Source: Octopus vulgaris
Lineage: Eukaryota
Assembly: GCA_951406725.2 (NCBI GenBank)
Contig: OX597829.1
Coordinates: forward strand, 58,590,001 to 58,654,000
Direction of reading: 5' to 3'
Length of the DNA: 64,000 nucleotides
The notes below the pieces were generated by a model, which was given only the letters and a program-made list of their open reading frames with translations, was not told where the DNA came from and did not search any database. The translations under genes were made by a program, and so were the position numbers. This document shows positions 16,801 through 29,614 of this stretch, in pieces. Numbering within the stretch: position 1 is the first letter of the stretch; each line of letters begins with the position of its first letter.

Positions 16801-16803
<3 letters not shown>
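14090..16803 (-). mobile_element. Internally deleted Helitron carrying the helicase fragment
   Basis: 5' A|TC start (tcttattataaaaggcagattttatctgcc) at 16803. 3' hairpin cccgagcaacgccggg near 14101-14116 with a decayed CTAG. Continuity between the two ends is inferred. Confidence 0.6.
14165..15382 (-). pseudogene. Helitron RepHel PIF1-like helicase fragment with in-frame stops
   Basis: One frame contains FFLDAPGGTGKT, AVASSGIAATLLPGGRTA, IVWDECTM, LSGDFRQTLPV, RAILAPRN and PPHILKLKVGAPIMLIRNL..CNGTR. Stops at 15125-27 and 14951-53; truncated after VKSLSPTV. Confidence 0.93.
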
Positions 16804-16873
<70 letters not shown>

Positions 16874-16955
16874 GGTCCCGGGTTGAGTCGGGGTTAACCA
16901 CAGTAAATAAGGTACTCAATACATAGCAGAGTAAATTAATTTATTTTATAGAAGG

Positions 16956-17006
16956 AGCTTCTACAGGACTAGAACTGTTTCATTCAAAAGAATTCATCAG
17001 GAAGCT
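16956..17006 (-). ncRNA. Type I hammerhead ribozyme, intact core
   Basis: Minus strand reads AGCTTC CTGATGA ATTC-tttt-GAAT GAAA CAG-ttctagtc-CTG TA GAAGCT. All three helices pair; GUA cleavage triplet. Confidence 0.85.
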
Positions 17007-17053
17007 TCCTGATGATTTCTTTTGAATGAAACAGTTCTAGTCCTGTAGAAGCT
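17003..17053 (+). ncRNA. Type I hammerhead ribozyme, mirror copy with one stem II mismatch
   Basis: AGCTTC CTGATGA tTTC-tttt-GAAT GAAA CAG-ttctagtc-CTG TA GAAGCT. The first stem II pair is U-U instead of A-U. Confidence 0.7.
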
Positions 17054-17064
17054 CCTTCTATAAA

Positions 17065-17114
<50 letters not shown>

Positions 17115-17119
<5 letters not shown>

Positions 17120-17985
17120 TATATACGACGGGCTTCTTTCAGTTTCCGTCTACCAAATCCACTCACAAGGCATTGGTCGGCGCGGGCCTATAGCAGAAGA
17201 CACTTGCCCAAGATGCCACGCAGTGGGACTGAACCCGGAACCATGTGGTTGGTTAGCAAGCTACTTACCACACAGCCACTCCTGCTATTTTGATGAATTA
17301 TTTCACAAACTTTCCATCAAACACATTCGTTTCAAGAACACCAGATCACACTCACTACACATCAACGAAAACACATAACAGTACAGCCGACCAATGCCTT
17401 GTGAGTGGATTTGGTAGACGGAAACTGAAAGAAGCCCATCGTATATATATATATATATTGGCGTAGGAGTGGCTTTGTGGTAAGTAGCTTGCTAACCAAC
17501 AACATGGTTCCGGGTTCAGTCCCACTGCGTGGCATCTTCGGCAAGTGTCTTTTGCTATAGCCCTGGGCCGACCAATGACTTGTGAGTGGATTTGGTAGAC
17601 GGAAACTGAAAGAAGCGCATCGTATATATATATATATTTGGCGTAGGAGTGGCTTTGTGGTAAGTAGCTTGCTAACCAACCACATGGTTCCGGGTTCAGT
17701 CCCACTGCGTGGCACCTTGGACAAGTGTATTCTGCTATAGCCCCGGGCCGACCAATGCCTTGTGAGTGGATTTGTCAGACGGAAACTGAAAGAAGCCCAT
17801 CGTATATATATATATTGGCACAGGAGTGGCTGTGTGGTATGTAGCTTGCTAACCAACCACATGATTCCGGGTTCAGTCCCACTGCGTGGCATCTTCGGCA
17901 AGTGTCTTTTGCTATAGCCCCGGGCCCACCAATGCCTTGTGAGTGGATTTGGTAGACGGAAACTGAAAGAAGCCTGTCGTATATA
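17115..17985. mobile_element. SINE A heads: one minus, about four plus
   Basis: Same head sequence as the other family A copies. Confidence 0.8.
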
Positions 17986-17994
17986 TGCATATAA

Positions 17995-18057
17995 ATGTAT
18001 TTATGTATGTATGTATGTATGTAAGTATATATGTATATATGTATATATGTATGTAAG

Positions 18058-18088
<31 letters not shown>

Positions 18089-18175
18089 GTATATATGTAT
18101 ATATATATATGTATATATGTATGTATGTATGTATGTAAGTATACATGTAAGTATATATGTATATATGTATATATG

Positions 18176-18208
<33 letters not shown>

Positions 18209-18279
18209 GTGTATGTATGTATGTATGTATGTATGTAAGTATACATGTAAGTATATATGTATATATATATGTATATATG

Positions 18280-18313
<34 letters not shown>

Positions 18314-18331
18314 TGTATGTATGTATGTATG

Positions 18332-18362
<31 letters not shown>

Positions 18363-18441
18363 GTATATATATATATGTATATATGTATATATGTATATAT
18401 GTATGTATGTATGTACGTATGTATGTATGTATGTATGTATG

Positions 18442-18472
<31 letters not shown>

Positions 18473-18527
18473 GTATACATGTATGAATATATATGTATAT
18501 ATGTATATATGTATGTATGTATGTAAG

Positions 18528-18558
<31 letters not shown>

Positions 18559-18625
18559 GTATACATGTATGTATATATGTATATATGTATATATGTATAT
18601 ATGTATGTAAGTATGTATGTATGTA
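17995..18625. repeat. (ATGT)n compound microsatellite
   Basis: Direct reading. Confidence 0.95.
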
Positions 18626-18854
18626 TTTTCTCCCTAACGACGCAACTAATGCTGCCAAAGTAATACGCTAAATTTCTAGAGCTTTCATAGTCTTTTGAAA
18701 TACTAGCATTTTAGTGACCTGTCATGGCGACCATATACATCAAAATTCAAACAAAGCAGCGTTGCCGAATCTCGTCTCCTGCTTTACAGGTAGAAGCTAC
18801 TTCAACTCTGAACTGTTGAAAAAAGAAAGAGAAGAAGGTATATATATATATATA

Positions 18855-18898
<44 letters not shown>

Positions 18899-18901
18899 AT
18901 T

Positions 18902-18970
<69 letters not shown>

Positions 18971-18971
18971 C

Positions 18972-19050
<79 letters not shown>

Positions 19051-19224
19051 AAATATTGAATTTCTAAATCTCGCGTAGAGACATGTACGGTGGTGGGGCG
19101 ATAGAATGGTTGTATACTGTCAATCTAACAAGAACGTGACAGTAGGGGGTACACCACCGCTGTATAGCCCTAGGAAGCATCGAACGCCTCCTGGTGGCTT
19201 TAACACATTTTTCCCTGTGTCCTT

Positions 19225-19508
19225 ATATACATTTCGAAGAAGGTGGCTTTTATATACGTTTACGTAGGAGTGGCTTTGTGGTAAGTAGCTTGCTAGCCAG
19301 CCACATGGTTCCGAGTTCAGTCCAGCTGCGTGGCATCTTGGGCAAGTGTCTTCTGCTATATATATATATATATATATATATACATTTCGAAGGGGGTGGC
19401 TTTTATATACGTTTACGTAGGAGTGGCTTTGTGGTAAGTAGCTTGCTAGCCAGCCACATGGTTCCGAGTTCAGTCCCACTGCGTGGCATCTTCGGCAAGT
19501 GTCTTCTG

Positions 19509-19546
<38 letters not shown>

Positions 19547-19670
19547 TTCGAAGGGGGTGGCTTTTATATACGTTTACGTAGGAGTGGCTTTTTGGTAAGT
19601 AGCTTGCTAGCCAGCCACATGGTTCCGAGTTCAGTCCCCACTGCGTGGCATCTTGGGCAAGTGTCTGCTG

Positions 19671-19702
<32 letters not shown>

Positions 19703-19824
19703 TTCGAAGGGGGTGGCTTTTATATACGTTTACGTAGGAGTGGCTTTGTGGTAAGTAGCTTGCTAGCCAGCCACATGGTTCCGAGTTCAGTCCACTGCGT
19801 GGCATCTTCGGCAAGTGTCTTCTG

Positions 19825-19856
<32 letters not shown>

Positions 19857-19979
19857 TTCGAAGGGGGTGGCTTTTATATACGTTTACGTAGGAGTGGCTT
19901 TTTGGTAAGTAGCTTGCTAGCCAGCCACATGGTTCCGAGTTCAGTCCCACTGCGTGGCATCTTCGGCAAGTGTCTTCTG

Positions 19980-20011
<32 letters not shown>

Positions 20012-20133
20012 TTCGAAGGGGGTGGCTTTTATATACGTTTACGTAGGAGTGGCTTTGTGGTAAGTAGCTTGCTAGCCAGCCACATGGTTCCGAGTTCAGT
20101 CCACTGCGTGGCATCTTCGGCAAGTGTCTTCTG

Positions 20134-20200
<67 letters not shown>

Positions 20201-20395
20201 TGTAGGAGTGGCTGTGTGATAAGAAGCTTGCTAGCCCACCACATGGTTCCGGGTTCAGTCCCACAGCGTTCCATCTTGGGCAAGTATCTTCTGCTATAGC
20301 CCCGGGCCGACAAAAGCATTGTGAGTGGATTTGGGAGACGGAAACTGAAAGAAGCCTGTTGTATATATGTATATATATATATATATATATATGCA

Positions 20396-20432
<37 letters not shown>

Positions 20433-20630
20433 TTGTCCCCCTTGCATTGCTTGACAACCGATGCTGGTGTGTTTACGTCCCCGTCACTTAGCGGTTCGGC
20501 AAAAGAGACCGATAGAATAAGTACTGGGCTTACAAAAGAATAAGTCCCGGGGGGTCGATTTGCTCGACTAAAGGCGGTGCTCCTGCATGGCCGCAGTCAA
20601 ATGACTGAAACAAGTAAAAGTGTAAAAGAC
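19225..20630 (+). mobile_element. Six tandem ~155-bp units (flank + truncated SINE A head + (TA)n) followed by a full SINE A
   Basis: Unit catttcgaagggggtggcttttatatacgtttacgtaggagtggc...tcttctgc(ta)n. Confidence 0.85.
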
Positions 20631-20739
<109 letters not shown>

Positions 20740-20897
20740 CAATATTTTACAATGTGTCCTTCTTTTTAAGATTGTAGAGCACGGCTTTTTGGATGAGTTA
20801 GCTACTATTTCTATATCATCATCATCATCGTCATCATCACCAACAACAAAGTCGTCATCTCTACCATATTCCACTTCATCATTGCTGTCGTTATCAT

Positions 20898-20997
20898 NNN
20901 NNNNNNNNNNNNNNNNNNNNNNNNNNNNNNNNNNNNNNNNNNNNNNNNNNNNNNNNNNNNNNNNNNNNNNNNNNNNNNNNNNNNNNNNNNNNNNNNN
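20898..20997. other. Assembly gap (100 N)
   Basis: Run of N; true size unknown. Confidence 1.
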
Positions 20998-23900
20998 AGA
21001 CCTGTAGAGGCAAGTGGAATTGAGACCTCAAGCCTGCGATGGCCCTGGCCAGGAGGGGAACCATTCCATCTATGCACACCTTCCCCTCCTGGGACACTAA
21101 ACTCTGCTTTGGAAGACCTGTAGATGCAAGTGGAATTGAGACCCTAACCTTGTGGCCCTGGCCAGGAGGGGAACCATTCCATCTATGCACACCTTCCCTC
21201 CTGGGACACTAAACTCTGCTTTGGAAGACCTGTAGAGGCAAGTGGAATTGAGACCCTAACCTTGTGGCCCAGGCCAGGGGGAACCATTCCATCTATGCAC
21301 ACCTTCCCCTCCTGGGACACTAAACTCTGATTGGAAGACCTATTGAGGCAAGTGGAATTGAGACCCTAATCGATTGTGGCCCTGGCCAGGAGCGGAACCA
21401 TTCCATCTATGCACACCTTCCCCTCCTGGGACACTAAACTCTGCTTTGGAAGACCTGTAGAGGCAAGTGGAATTGAGACCCTAACCATGTGGCCCAGGCC
21501 AGGAGGGAACCATTCCATCTATGCACACCTTCCCCTCCTGGGACACTAAACTCTGCTTTGGAAGACCTGTAGAGGCAAGTGGAATTGAGACCCAAACCTT
21601 GTGGTCCTGGCCAGGAGGGGAACCACATTCCATCTATGCACACCTTCCCCTCCTGGGACACTAAACTCTGCTATCGATTGGAAGACCTGTAGAGGCAAGT
21701 GGAATTGAGACCCTAACCTTGTGGCCCTGGCCAGGAGGGGAATCATTCCATCTATGCACATACCATTCCCTCCTGGGACACTAAATTCTGCTTTGGGAAG
21801 AGACCAATTGAGGCAAGTGGAATTGAGACCTCAACCTTGATGGCCCTGGCCAGGAGGAGCCATTCCATCTGCACCTTCCCCTCCTGGGACACTAAACTCT
21901 GCTTTGGAAGACCTGTAGAGGCAAGTGGAATTGAGACCCTAACCTTGTGGCCCAGGCCAGGAGGGGAACCATTCCATCTATGCACACCTTCCCCTCCTGG
22001 GACACTAAACTCTGCTTTGGAGGAACCTGTAGAGGCAAGTGGAATTGAGACCCTAACCATCGATGGCCCTGGCCAGAGAGGGAACCATTCCATCTATGCA
22101 CACCTTCCCCTCCTGGGACACTAAACTCTGCTTTGGAAGACCTGTAGAGGCAAGTGGAACTCGAGACCCTAACCTTGGCCCACGGCCAGGAGGGGAACCA
22201 TTCCATCTGATGCACACCTTCCCCTCCTGGGATACTAAACTCTGCTTTGGAGAGGCCTAGCAGGCAATTTGGGTCGAGACCCTAACCTTGATGGCCCTGG
22301 CCAGGAGGGGAACCATTCCATCTATGCACACCTTCCCCTCCTGGGACACTCAAACTCTGCTTTGCAAAGACCAATGTAGAGGCAAGTGGAATTGAGACCC
22401 TAGCCTTGTGGCCCTGGCCAGGAGGGGAACCATTCCATCTGTACACCTTCCCCTCCTGGGACACTAAACTCTGCTTTAGGAAGACCTGTAGGGGCAAGTG
22501 GAATTGAGACCCTAACCTTGTGGCCCTGGCCAGGGAGGGGAACCATTCCATCTGATGCACACCTTCCCCTCCTGGGACACTAAACTCTGCTTTGCAAAGA
22601 CCACATTGAGGCAAGTGGAATTGAGACCCTAACCTTGATGGCCCTGGCAGGGGGAACTATTCCAGGCTATGCACCTTCCCCCTCCTGGGACACTCAAACT
22701 CTGCTGAGAGGTACCAATGGAGGCAAGTGGGAATTGAGACCCTAACCTTGATGGCCCTGGCCAGGAGGAGAACCCATTCCATGATGCACACCTTCCCCTC
22801 CTGGGACGACACTAAACTCTGCTTTGGAGAAGACCAATTGAGGCAAGTGGAATTGAACCCTAACCTTGATGGCCCTGGCCAGAGGGAGCCATTGCATCTG
22901 ATGCACACCTTCCCCTCCTGGGACACTAAACTCTCTTGGGAAGACCAATGTGAGTAAAGTGGAATTGAGACCCTAACCATCGATGGCCCTGGCCAGGAGG
23001 GGAACCATTCAATCTTTGCACACCTTCCCCTCCTGGGACACTAAACTCTGATTGCAAAGACCAATGTAGAGGCAAGTGGAATTGAGACCCAAACCTTGTG
23101 GCCCTGGCCAGGAGGGGAACCATTCCATCTATACACACCTTCCCCTCCTGGGACACTAAAACTCTGCTTTGCAAAGACCAATGTAGAGGCAAGTGGAATT
23201 GAGACCCTAACGATTGCAAAGGGGAACCATTCCATCTATGCACATTCCCCTCCTGGGAATTCAAATCTGCTTTGGAAGACCAATGTAGAGGCAATTGGAA
23301 TTGAGACCCTAATCTTGTGGCCCTGGCCAAAGACCAATTGAGGCACACCTTTCCTGGGACACTAAACTCTGCTTGCAAAGACCAATTGAGGCAAGTGGAA
23401 TTGAGACCTAACATTGTGGCCCATTGCAAAGACCATTCCATTATGCACACCTTCCCCTCCTGGGACACTAAACTCTGCTTTGGAAGACCTGTAGAGGCAA
23501 TAGGAATTGAGACCCTTACCATGTGATTGCAAAGACCATTCCATCTATGCACACCTTCCCCTCCTGGGACACTAAACTCGATTGCTTTGGAAGACCAATT
23601 GAGGCAATTTAAATCGAGACCCTAACCTTGTTGGCCAAAGACCATTCCATTGATGCACATTCCCCTCCTGGGACACTAAACTCTGCTTTGGAAGACCTGT
23701 AAAGGCAAGTGGAATTGAGACCCTAACCTTGTGGCCCTGGCCAGGAGGGGAACCATTCCATCTATGCACACCTTCCCCTCCAGGGACACTAAACTCTGCT
23801 TTGGAAGACCAATGTAGAGGCAAGTGGAATTGAGACCCTAACCTTGTGGACCAGGCCAGGAGGGAACCATTCCATCTATGCACACCTTCCCCTCCTGGGA

Positions 23901-25055
23901 CACTAAACTCTGCTTTGCAAAGACCAATGTAGAGGCAAGTGGAATTGAGACCCTAACCTTGTGGCCCTGGCCAGAGGGGACTCCATTGCATCTATGCCAC
24001 ACATTCCCCTCCTGGGACACTGAAATTCTGCTTTGCAAAGACCTGTAGAGGCAAGTGGAATTGAGACCCTAACCTTGTGGCCCTGGCCAGAGGAGAGCCA
24101 TTCCATCTAGTGCACACCTTCCCCTCCTGGGACACTAAACTCTGCTTTGCAAAGACCAATGTAGAGGCAAGTGGAATTGAGACCCAACCTTGTGGCCCAG
24201 GCCAGGAGGGGAACCATTCCATCTATGCACACCTTCCCCTCCTGGGACACTAAACTCTGCTTTGGAAGACCTGTAGAGGCAAGTGGAATTGAGACCCTAA
24301 ACATGTGGCCCTGGCCAGGAGGGGAACCATTCCATCTGTGCACACCTTCCCCTCCTGGGACACTAAACTCTGCTTTGGAAGACCTGTAGAGGCAAGTGGA
24401 ATTGAGACCCTAACCTTGTGGCCCTGGCCAGGAGGGGAACCATTCCATCTATGCACACATTCCCCTCCTGGGACACTAAATTCTGCTTTGGAAGACCTGT
24501 AGTGGCAAGTGGAATTGAGACCCTAACCTTGTGGCCCTGGCCAGGAAGAACCATTCCATCTATGCACACCTTCCCCTCCTTGGACACTAAACTCTGCTTT
24601 GGAAGACCTGTAGAGGCAAGTGGAATTGAGACCCTAACCTTGTGGCCCAGGCCAGGAGGGAAACCATTCCATCTATGCACACCTTCCCCTCCTGGGACAC
24701 TAAACTCTGCTTTGGAAGACCTGTAGAGGCAAGTGGAATTGAGACCCTAACCTTGTGGCCCAGGCCAGGAGCGGAACCATTCCATCTATGCACACCTTCC
24801 CCTCCTGGGACACTAAACTCTGCTTTGGAAGACCTGTAGAGGCAAGTGCAGATTGAGACCCTAACCTTGTGGCCCTGGCCAGGAGGGAACTATTCCATCT
24901 ATGCACACCTTCCCCTCCTGGGACACTAAACTCTGCTTTGGAAGACCTGTAGAGCAAGTGGAATTGAGACCCTAACCTTGTGTCCCAGGCCAGGAGGGGA
25001 ACTATTCCATCTATGCACACCTACCCCTCCTGGGACACTAAACTCTGCTTTGGAA
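20998..25055. repeat. 113-bp GC-rich satellite, about 36 copies
   Basis: Unit gaagacctgtagaggcaagtggaattgagaccctaaccttgtggccctggccaggaggggaaccattccatctatgcacaccttcccctcctgggacactaaactctgctttg. Confidence 0.95.
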
Positions 25056-25852
25056 GACCAATTGAGACAATTTAAATCGAATTCAAATCGATTGCAAAGA
25101 CCAATTGAGGCAATTTAAATCGAAAGAAAATCGATTGCAAAGACCAATTGAGGCAATTTAAATCGAAATCAAATCGATTGCAAAGACCAATTGAGGCAAT
25201 TTAAATCGAAATTCAAATCGATTGCAAAGACCAATTGAGGCAATTTAAATCGAATTCAAATCGATTGCAAAGACCAATTGAGGCAATTAAAATCGAAATC
25301 AAATCGATTGCAAAGACCAATTGAGGTAATTTAAATCGAATTCAAATCGATTGCAAAGACCAATTGAGGCAATTTAAAATCGAAATTCAAATCGATTGCA
25401 AAGACCCATTGAGGCAATTTAAATCGAAATCAAATCGATTGCAAAGACAAATTGAGGCAATTTAAATCGATTGCAAAGACCAATTGAGGCAATTTAAATC
25501 GAATTCAAATCGATTGCAAAGACCCATTGAGGCAATTTAAATCGAATTCAAATCGATGGCAAAGACCCATTGAGGCAATTTAAATCGAATTCAAATCGAT
25601 GGCAAAGACCAATTGAGGCAATTTAAATCGAATTCAAATCGATGGCAAAGACCCATTGAGGCAATTTAAATCGAATTCAAATCGATTGCAAAGACCCATT
25701 GAGGCAATTTAAATCGAATTCTAATCGATTGCAAAGACCAATTGAGGCAATTTAAATCGAATTCAAATCGATTGCAAAGACCCATTGAGGCAATTTAAAT
25801 CGAATTCAAATCGATTGCATAGACCAGTTGAGGCAATTTAAATCGATATCAA
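25055..25852. repeat. 43-bp minisatellite, about 18 copies
   Basis: Unit gcaaagaccaattgaggcaatttaaatcgaattcaaatcgatt. Confidence 0.95.
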
Positions 25853-25854
25853 AC

Positions 25855-27151
25855 TTACTCTTACTCTTGTACTCTTTTATATGTTTCAGTCATTTGACTG
25901 CGGCCATGCTGGATCACCGCCTATTTTTTAGTGGAGCAAATCGACAACCCGGGACTTATTCTTTGTAAGCCGAGTACTTACTAAGTGACGGGGACATAAA
26001 CACACCAGCATCGGTTTTGAAGCAATGCTAGGGGTACAAACACAGACACACAAACACACATATATACATACATATATTTATGGAATGGAAGCACTCCGTC
26101 GGTTACGACGACGAGGGTTCCGGTTGATCCGAATCAACGGAACAGCTTGCTCGTGAAATTAACGTGTAAGTGGCTGAGCTCTCCGCAGACACGTGTACCC
26201 TTAACATAGTTCTCGGGGATATTCAGCGTGACACAGAGAGTGACAAGGCCGCCCCCTTGAAATACAGGTACAACAGAAACAGGAAGTAAGAGTGGGAGAA
26301 AGAGTGGTGAAAGAGTACAGCAGGGATCACCACCATCCCCTGCCGGAGCTGCGTGGAGCTTTAGGTGTTTTCGCTCAATAAACACTCACAACGCACGGTC
26401 TGGGAATTGAAACCGCGATCCTATGACCGCGAGTCCGCTGCCCTAACCACTGGGCCATTGCGCCTCCACATATACATACATATATATACATATATATATA
26501 TACATATATACGACAGGCTTCTTTCAGTTTCCGTCTACGAAATCAACTCACAAGGCTTTATATATATATATATATACTCTTTTACTCTTTTACTTGTTTC
26601 AGTCATTTGACTGCGGCCATGCTGGACACCGCCTATTTTTTAGTCGAGCAACTCGACCCCGGGACTTATTCTTTGTAAGCCCAGTACTTATTCTATCGGT
26701 CTCTTTTGCCGAACCGCTAAGTGACAGGGACGTAAACACACCAGCATCGGTTGTCAAGCAATGCTAGGGGGACAAACACAGACACACAAACATATACACA
26801 CACACTTATATATATATACATATATACGACAGGCTTCTTTCAGTTTCCGTCTGCCAAATCCACTCACAACAATTGGTCGGCCCGGGGCTATAGCAGAAGA
26901 CACTTGCCCAAGATGCCACGCAGTGGGACTGAACCCGGAAACATGTGGTTGGTTAGCAAGCTACTTACCACACAGCCACTCCTGTGCCTATATATATACA
27001 TATATACGACGGGCTTCTTTCAGTATCCGTCTGCCAAATCCACTCACAAGGCATTGGTCGGCCCAGGGCTATAGCAGAAGACACTTGCCGAAGATGCCAC
27101 GCAGTGGAACTGAACCCGGAACCATGTGGTTGGTTAGCAAGCTGCCCTTAC

Positions 27152-27155
<4 letters not shown>
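25855..27155 (-). mobile_element. SINE A copies with a full SINE B (26088-26470) nested in the internal microsatellite
   Basis: SINE A tail at 25855-26075 resumes at 26470 after the SINE B insertion. Confidence 0.75.
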
Positions 27156-27246
<91 letters not shown>

Positions 27247-27492
27247 GTATAAAGGAGTGGTTGGTGTTAGGAAGGGCATCCTGCTGTAGAAACTATCCCA
27301 GATCAGATTGGAGTCTGGTTTTGACAGTCCTCAGTCAAATCGTCCAACCCATGCTAGCATGGAAAGCGGATGTTAAACGATGATGATGATGATGATGATT
27401 GCTTTGGGGTTTCACCCCGACCCCACCCAAGGATTTCAGACCTTGAGCCTAAAATAGAAATAGAAACAATGATGGTGGTAATTATTGTTGAT

Positions 27493-29095
27493 GGCAGTGA
27501 GCTACCAGAAACGTTAGCACGCCGGGCAGAAATGCTTTGTGCGCATCCGTATTTCATCTGCCGTTCTGAGTTCAAATTCCGCCGGGTCGACTTTGCCTCT
27601 CATCCTTTCGGCGTCGATTAAATAAGTACCAGTTACGTACTGGGGTCGATGTAATCACACATATATACATAATCCGTTTGTCTGTCCTTGTTTGTCCCCT
27701 CTGTGTTTAGCCCCTTGTGCGTAGTAAAGAAATGCCCAAGGTATTTCCTCTGCCGCGACGCTCTGAGTTCAAATTCCGCCGAGGTAGACCTTGCTTTTCA
27801 TTCTTTCGAGGGTCGATTAAATAAGTACCAGTTACGCACTGCAGTCAATATAATCAACTTAATACCTTTGTCTGTCCTTGTTTGTCTTCTCGGTGTTTAG
27901 CCCCTTGCGTGTAGTAAAGAAATGGGTATGTTTTCCGCCACTACGGTCTGAGTTCAAATTCCGCCGAGGTCGACTTTGACTTCTATCCTTCGGGGTCGAT
28001 AAATTAAGTACCAATTACGCACTGGGGTCGATATAATCGAATTAATCCGTTTGTCTGTCCTTGTTTGTCCTCTCTGTGTTTAGCCCCTTGTGGGTAGGGT
28101 AGTAAAGAAATAGGTATTTTGTCTGCCGCCGAGGTTGACTTTGCCTTTCATCCTTTCGGGGTCGATAGATTAAGTACCAGTTACGCACTGGGGTCGATGT
28201 AATCGACTTAATCCGTCTGTCTGTCCTTGTTTGTCCCTTCTGTGTTTAGCCCCTTGTGGGTAGGGTAGTAAAGAAATAGGTATTTTGTCTGCCGCCGAGG
28301 TCGACTTTGCCTTTCATCCTTTCGGGGTCGATAAATTAGGTACCAGTTACGCACTGGGGTCGATGTAATCGACTTAATCCGTTTGTCCCCTCTGTGTTTA
28401 GCCCCTTGTGGGTAGGGTAGTAAAGAAATAGGTATTTTGTCTGCCGCCGAGGTCGACTTTGCCTTTCATCCTTTCGGGGTCGATAAATTAGGTACCAGTT
28501 ACGCACTGGGGTCGATGTAATCGACTTAATCCGTTTGTCTGTCCTTGTTTGTCCTCTCTGTGTTTAGCCCCTTGTGGGTAGGGTAGTAAAGAAATAGGTA
28601 TTTTGTCTGCCGCCGAGGTCGACTTTGCCTTTCATCCTTTCGGGGTCGATAAATTAGGTACCAGTTACGCACTGGGGTCGATGTAATCGACTTAATCCGT
28701 TTGTCTGTCCTTGTTTGTCCCTTCTGTGTTTAGCCCCTTGTGGGTAGGGTAGTAAAGAAATAGGTATTTTGTCTGCCGCCGAGGTCGACTTTGCCTTTCA
28801 TCCTTTCGGGGTCAATAAATTAAGTACCAGTTACGCACTGGGGTCGATGTAATCGACTTAATCCGTTTGTCTGTCCTTGTTTGTCCCTTCTGTGTTTAGC
28901 CCCTTGTGGGTAGGGTAGTAAAGAAATAGGTATTTTGTCTGCCGCCGAGGTCGACTTTGCCTTTCATCCTTTCGGGGTCGATAGATTAAGTACCAGTTAC
29001 GCACTGGGGTCGATGTAATCGACTTAATCCGTTTGTCTGTCCTTGTTTGTCCCCTCTGTGTTTAGCCCCTTGTGGGTAGTAAAGAGATAGGTAAT
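27493..29095 (+). mobile_element. SINE family C (Meta-domain-like) with about 9 tandem ~165-bp body repeats
   Basis: Head ggcagtgagctaccagaaacgttagc..gagttcaaattcc; repeated gtcgactttgcctttcatcctttcggggtcgataaattaagtacc, which resembles the MetaSINE central domain. Confidence 0.75.
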
Positions 29096-29512
29096 TATTG
29101 TTGTTGTCGTTGTTACTATGATAGTGGTAATAGTAGTAGTAGTAAGTAGTAAGTGTAGTCACAAATTTCTAAACTCTTTTTATGTTACCATGTTACCAAA
29201 TCTGGGATATTTGGGATAGAAGTAGGGATGAAGCGGGGGGGGGGGGAGGAGGGAATTGTTTGGCAGATTGGTGTTCGTTGCTGTGAGTTGGGTTTCGAGG
29301 TGAAGGAAGGGCGGTGGGGGCGGGGCGTTCTCATACCAATGTGTTCCATGGGGGCACTGTTATAATGTTTCTGATGTTCTCTGGTCTAAAAATAGGGGTT
29401 TTTCAGAATGACTCATACACGGTAAAGAACTGCCTCCTTCCCACCCCCCCTTCCAGCACCGCTGCTCACATCCCACCTTTCAAGACCCCCCCGTTCTTAG
29501 TAAGAGAGAAAA

Positions 29513-29514
<2 letters not shown>

Positions 29515-29543
<29 letters not shown>

Positions 29544-29583
29544 CTTACAAACATATATACATAGATACATACATACATACATA

Positions 29584-29614
<31 letters not shown>

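Larger units (their letters stand above)
16871..17070. mobile_element. Probable Penelope-like pLTR fragment with inverted partial copy, inserted in (TA)n
   Basis: Hammerhead-bearing segment plus inverted duplicate, flanked on both sides by TA microsatellite. Confidence 0.5.

Noticed and set aside
18740-18840. Strong minus-strand acceptor (cttcttctctttcttttttcaacag)
   Set aside because: All three downstream frames stop within about 22 codons and show no kinesin similarity.
20998-25852. CRISPR-like appearance of regular repeats
   Set aside because: No unique spacers, eukaryotic context, no cas genes.
29230-29345. GC box, CCAAT and G-runs suggesting a promoter or G-quadruplex
   Set aside because: Short motifs with no associated exon; insufficient support.
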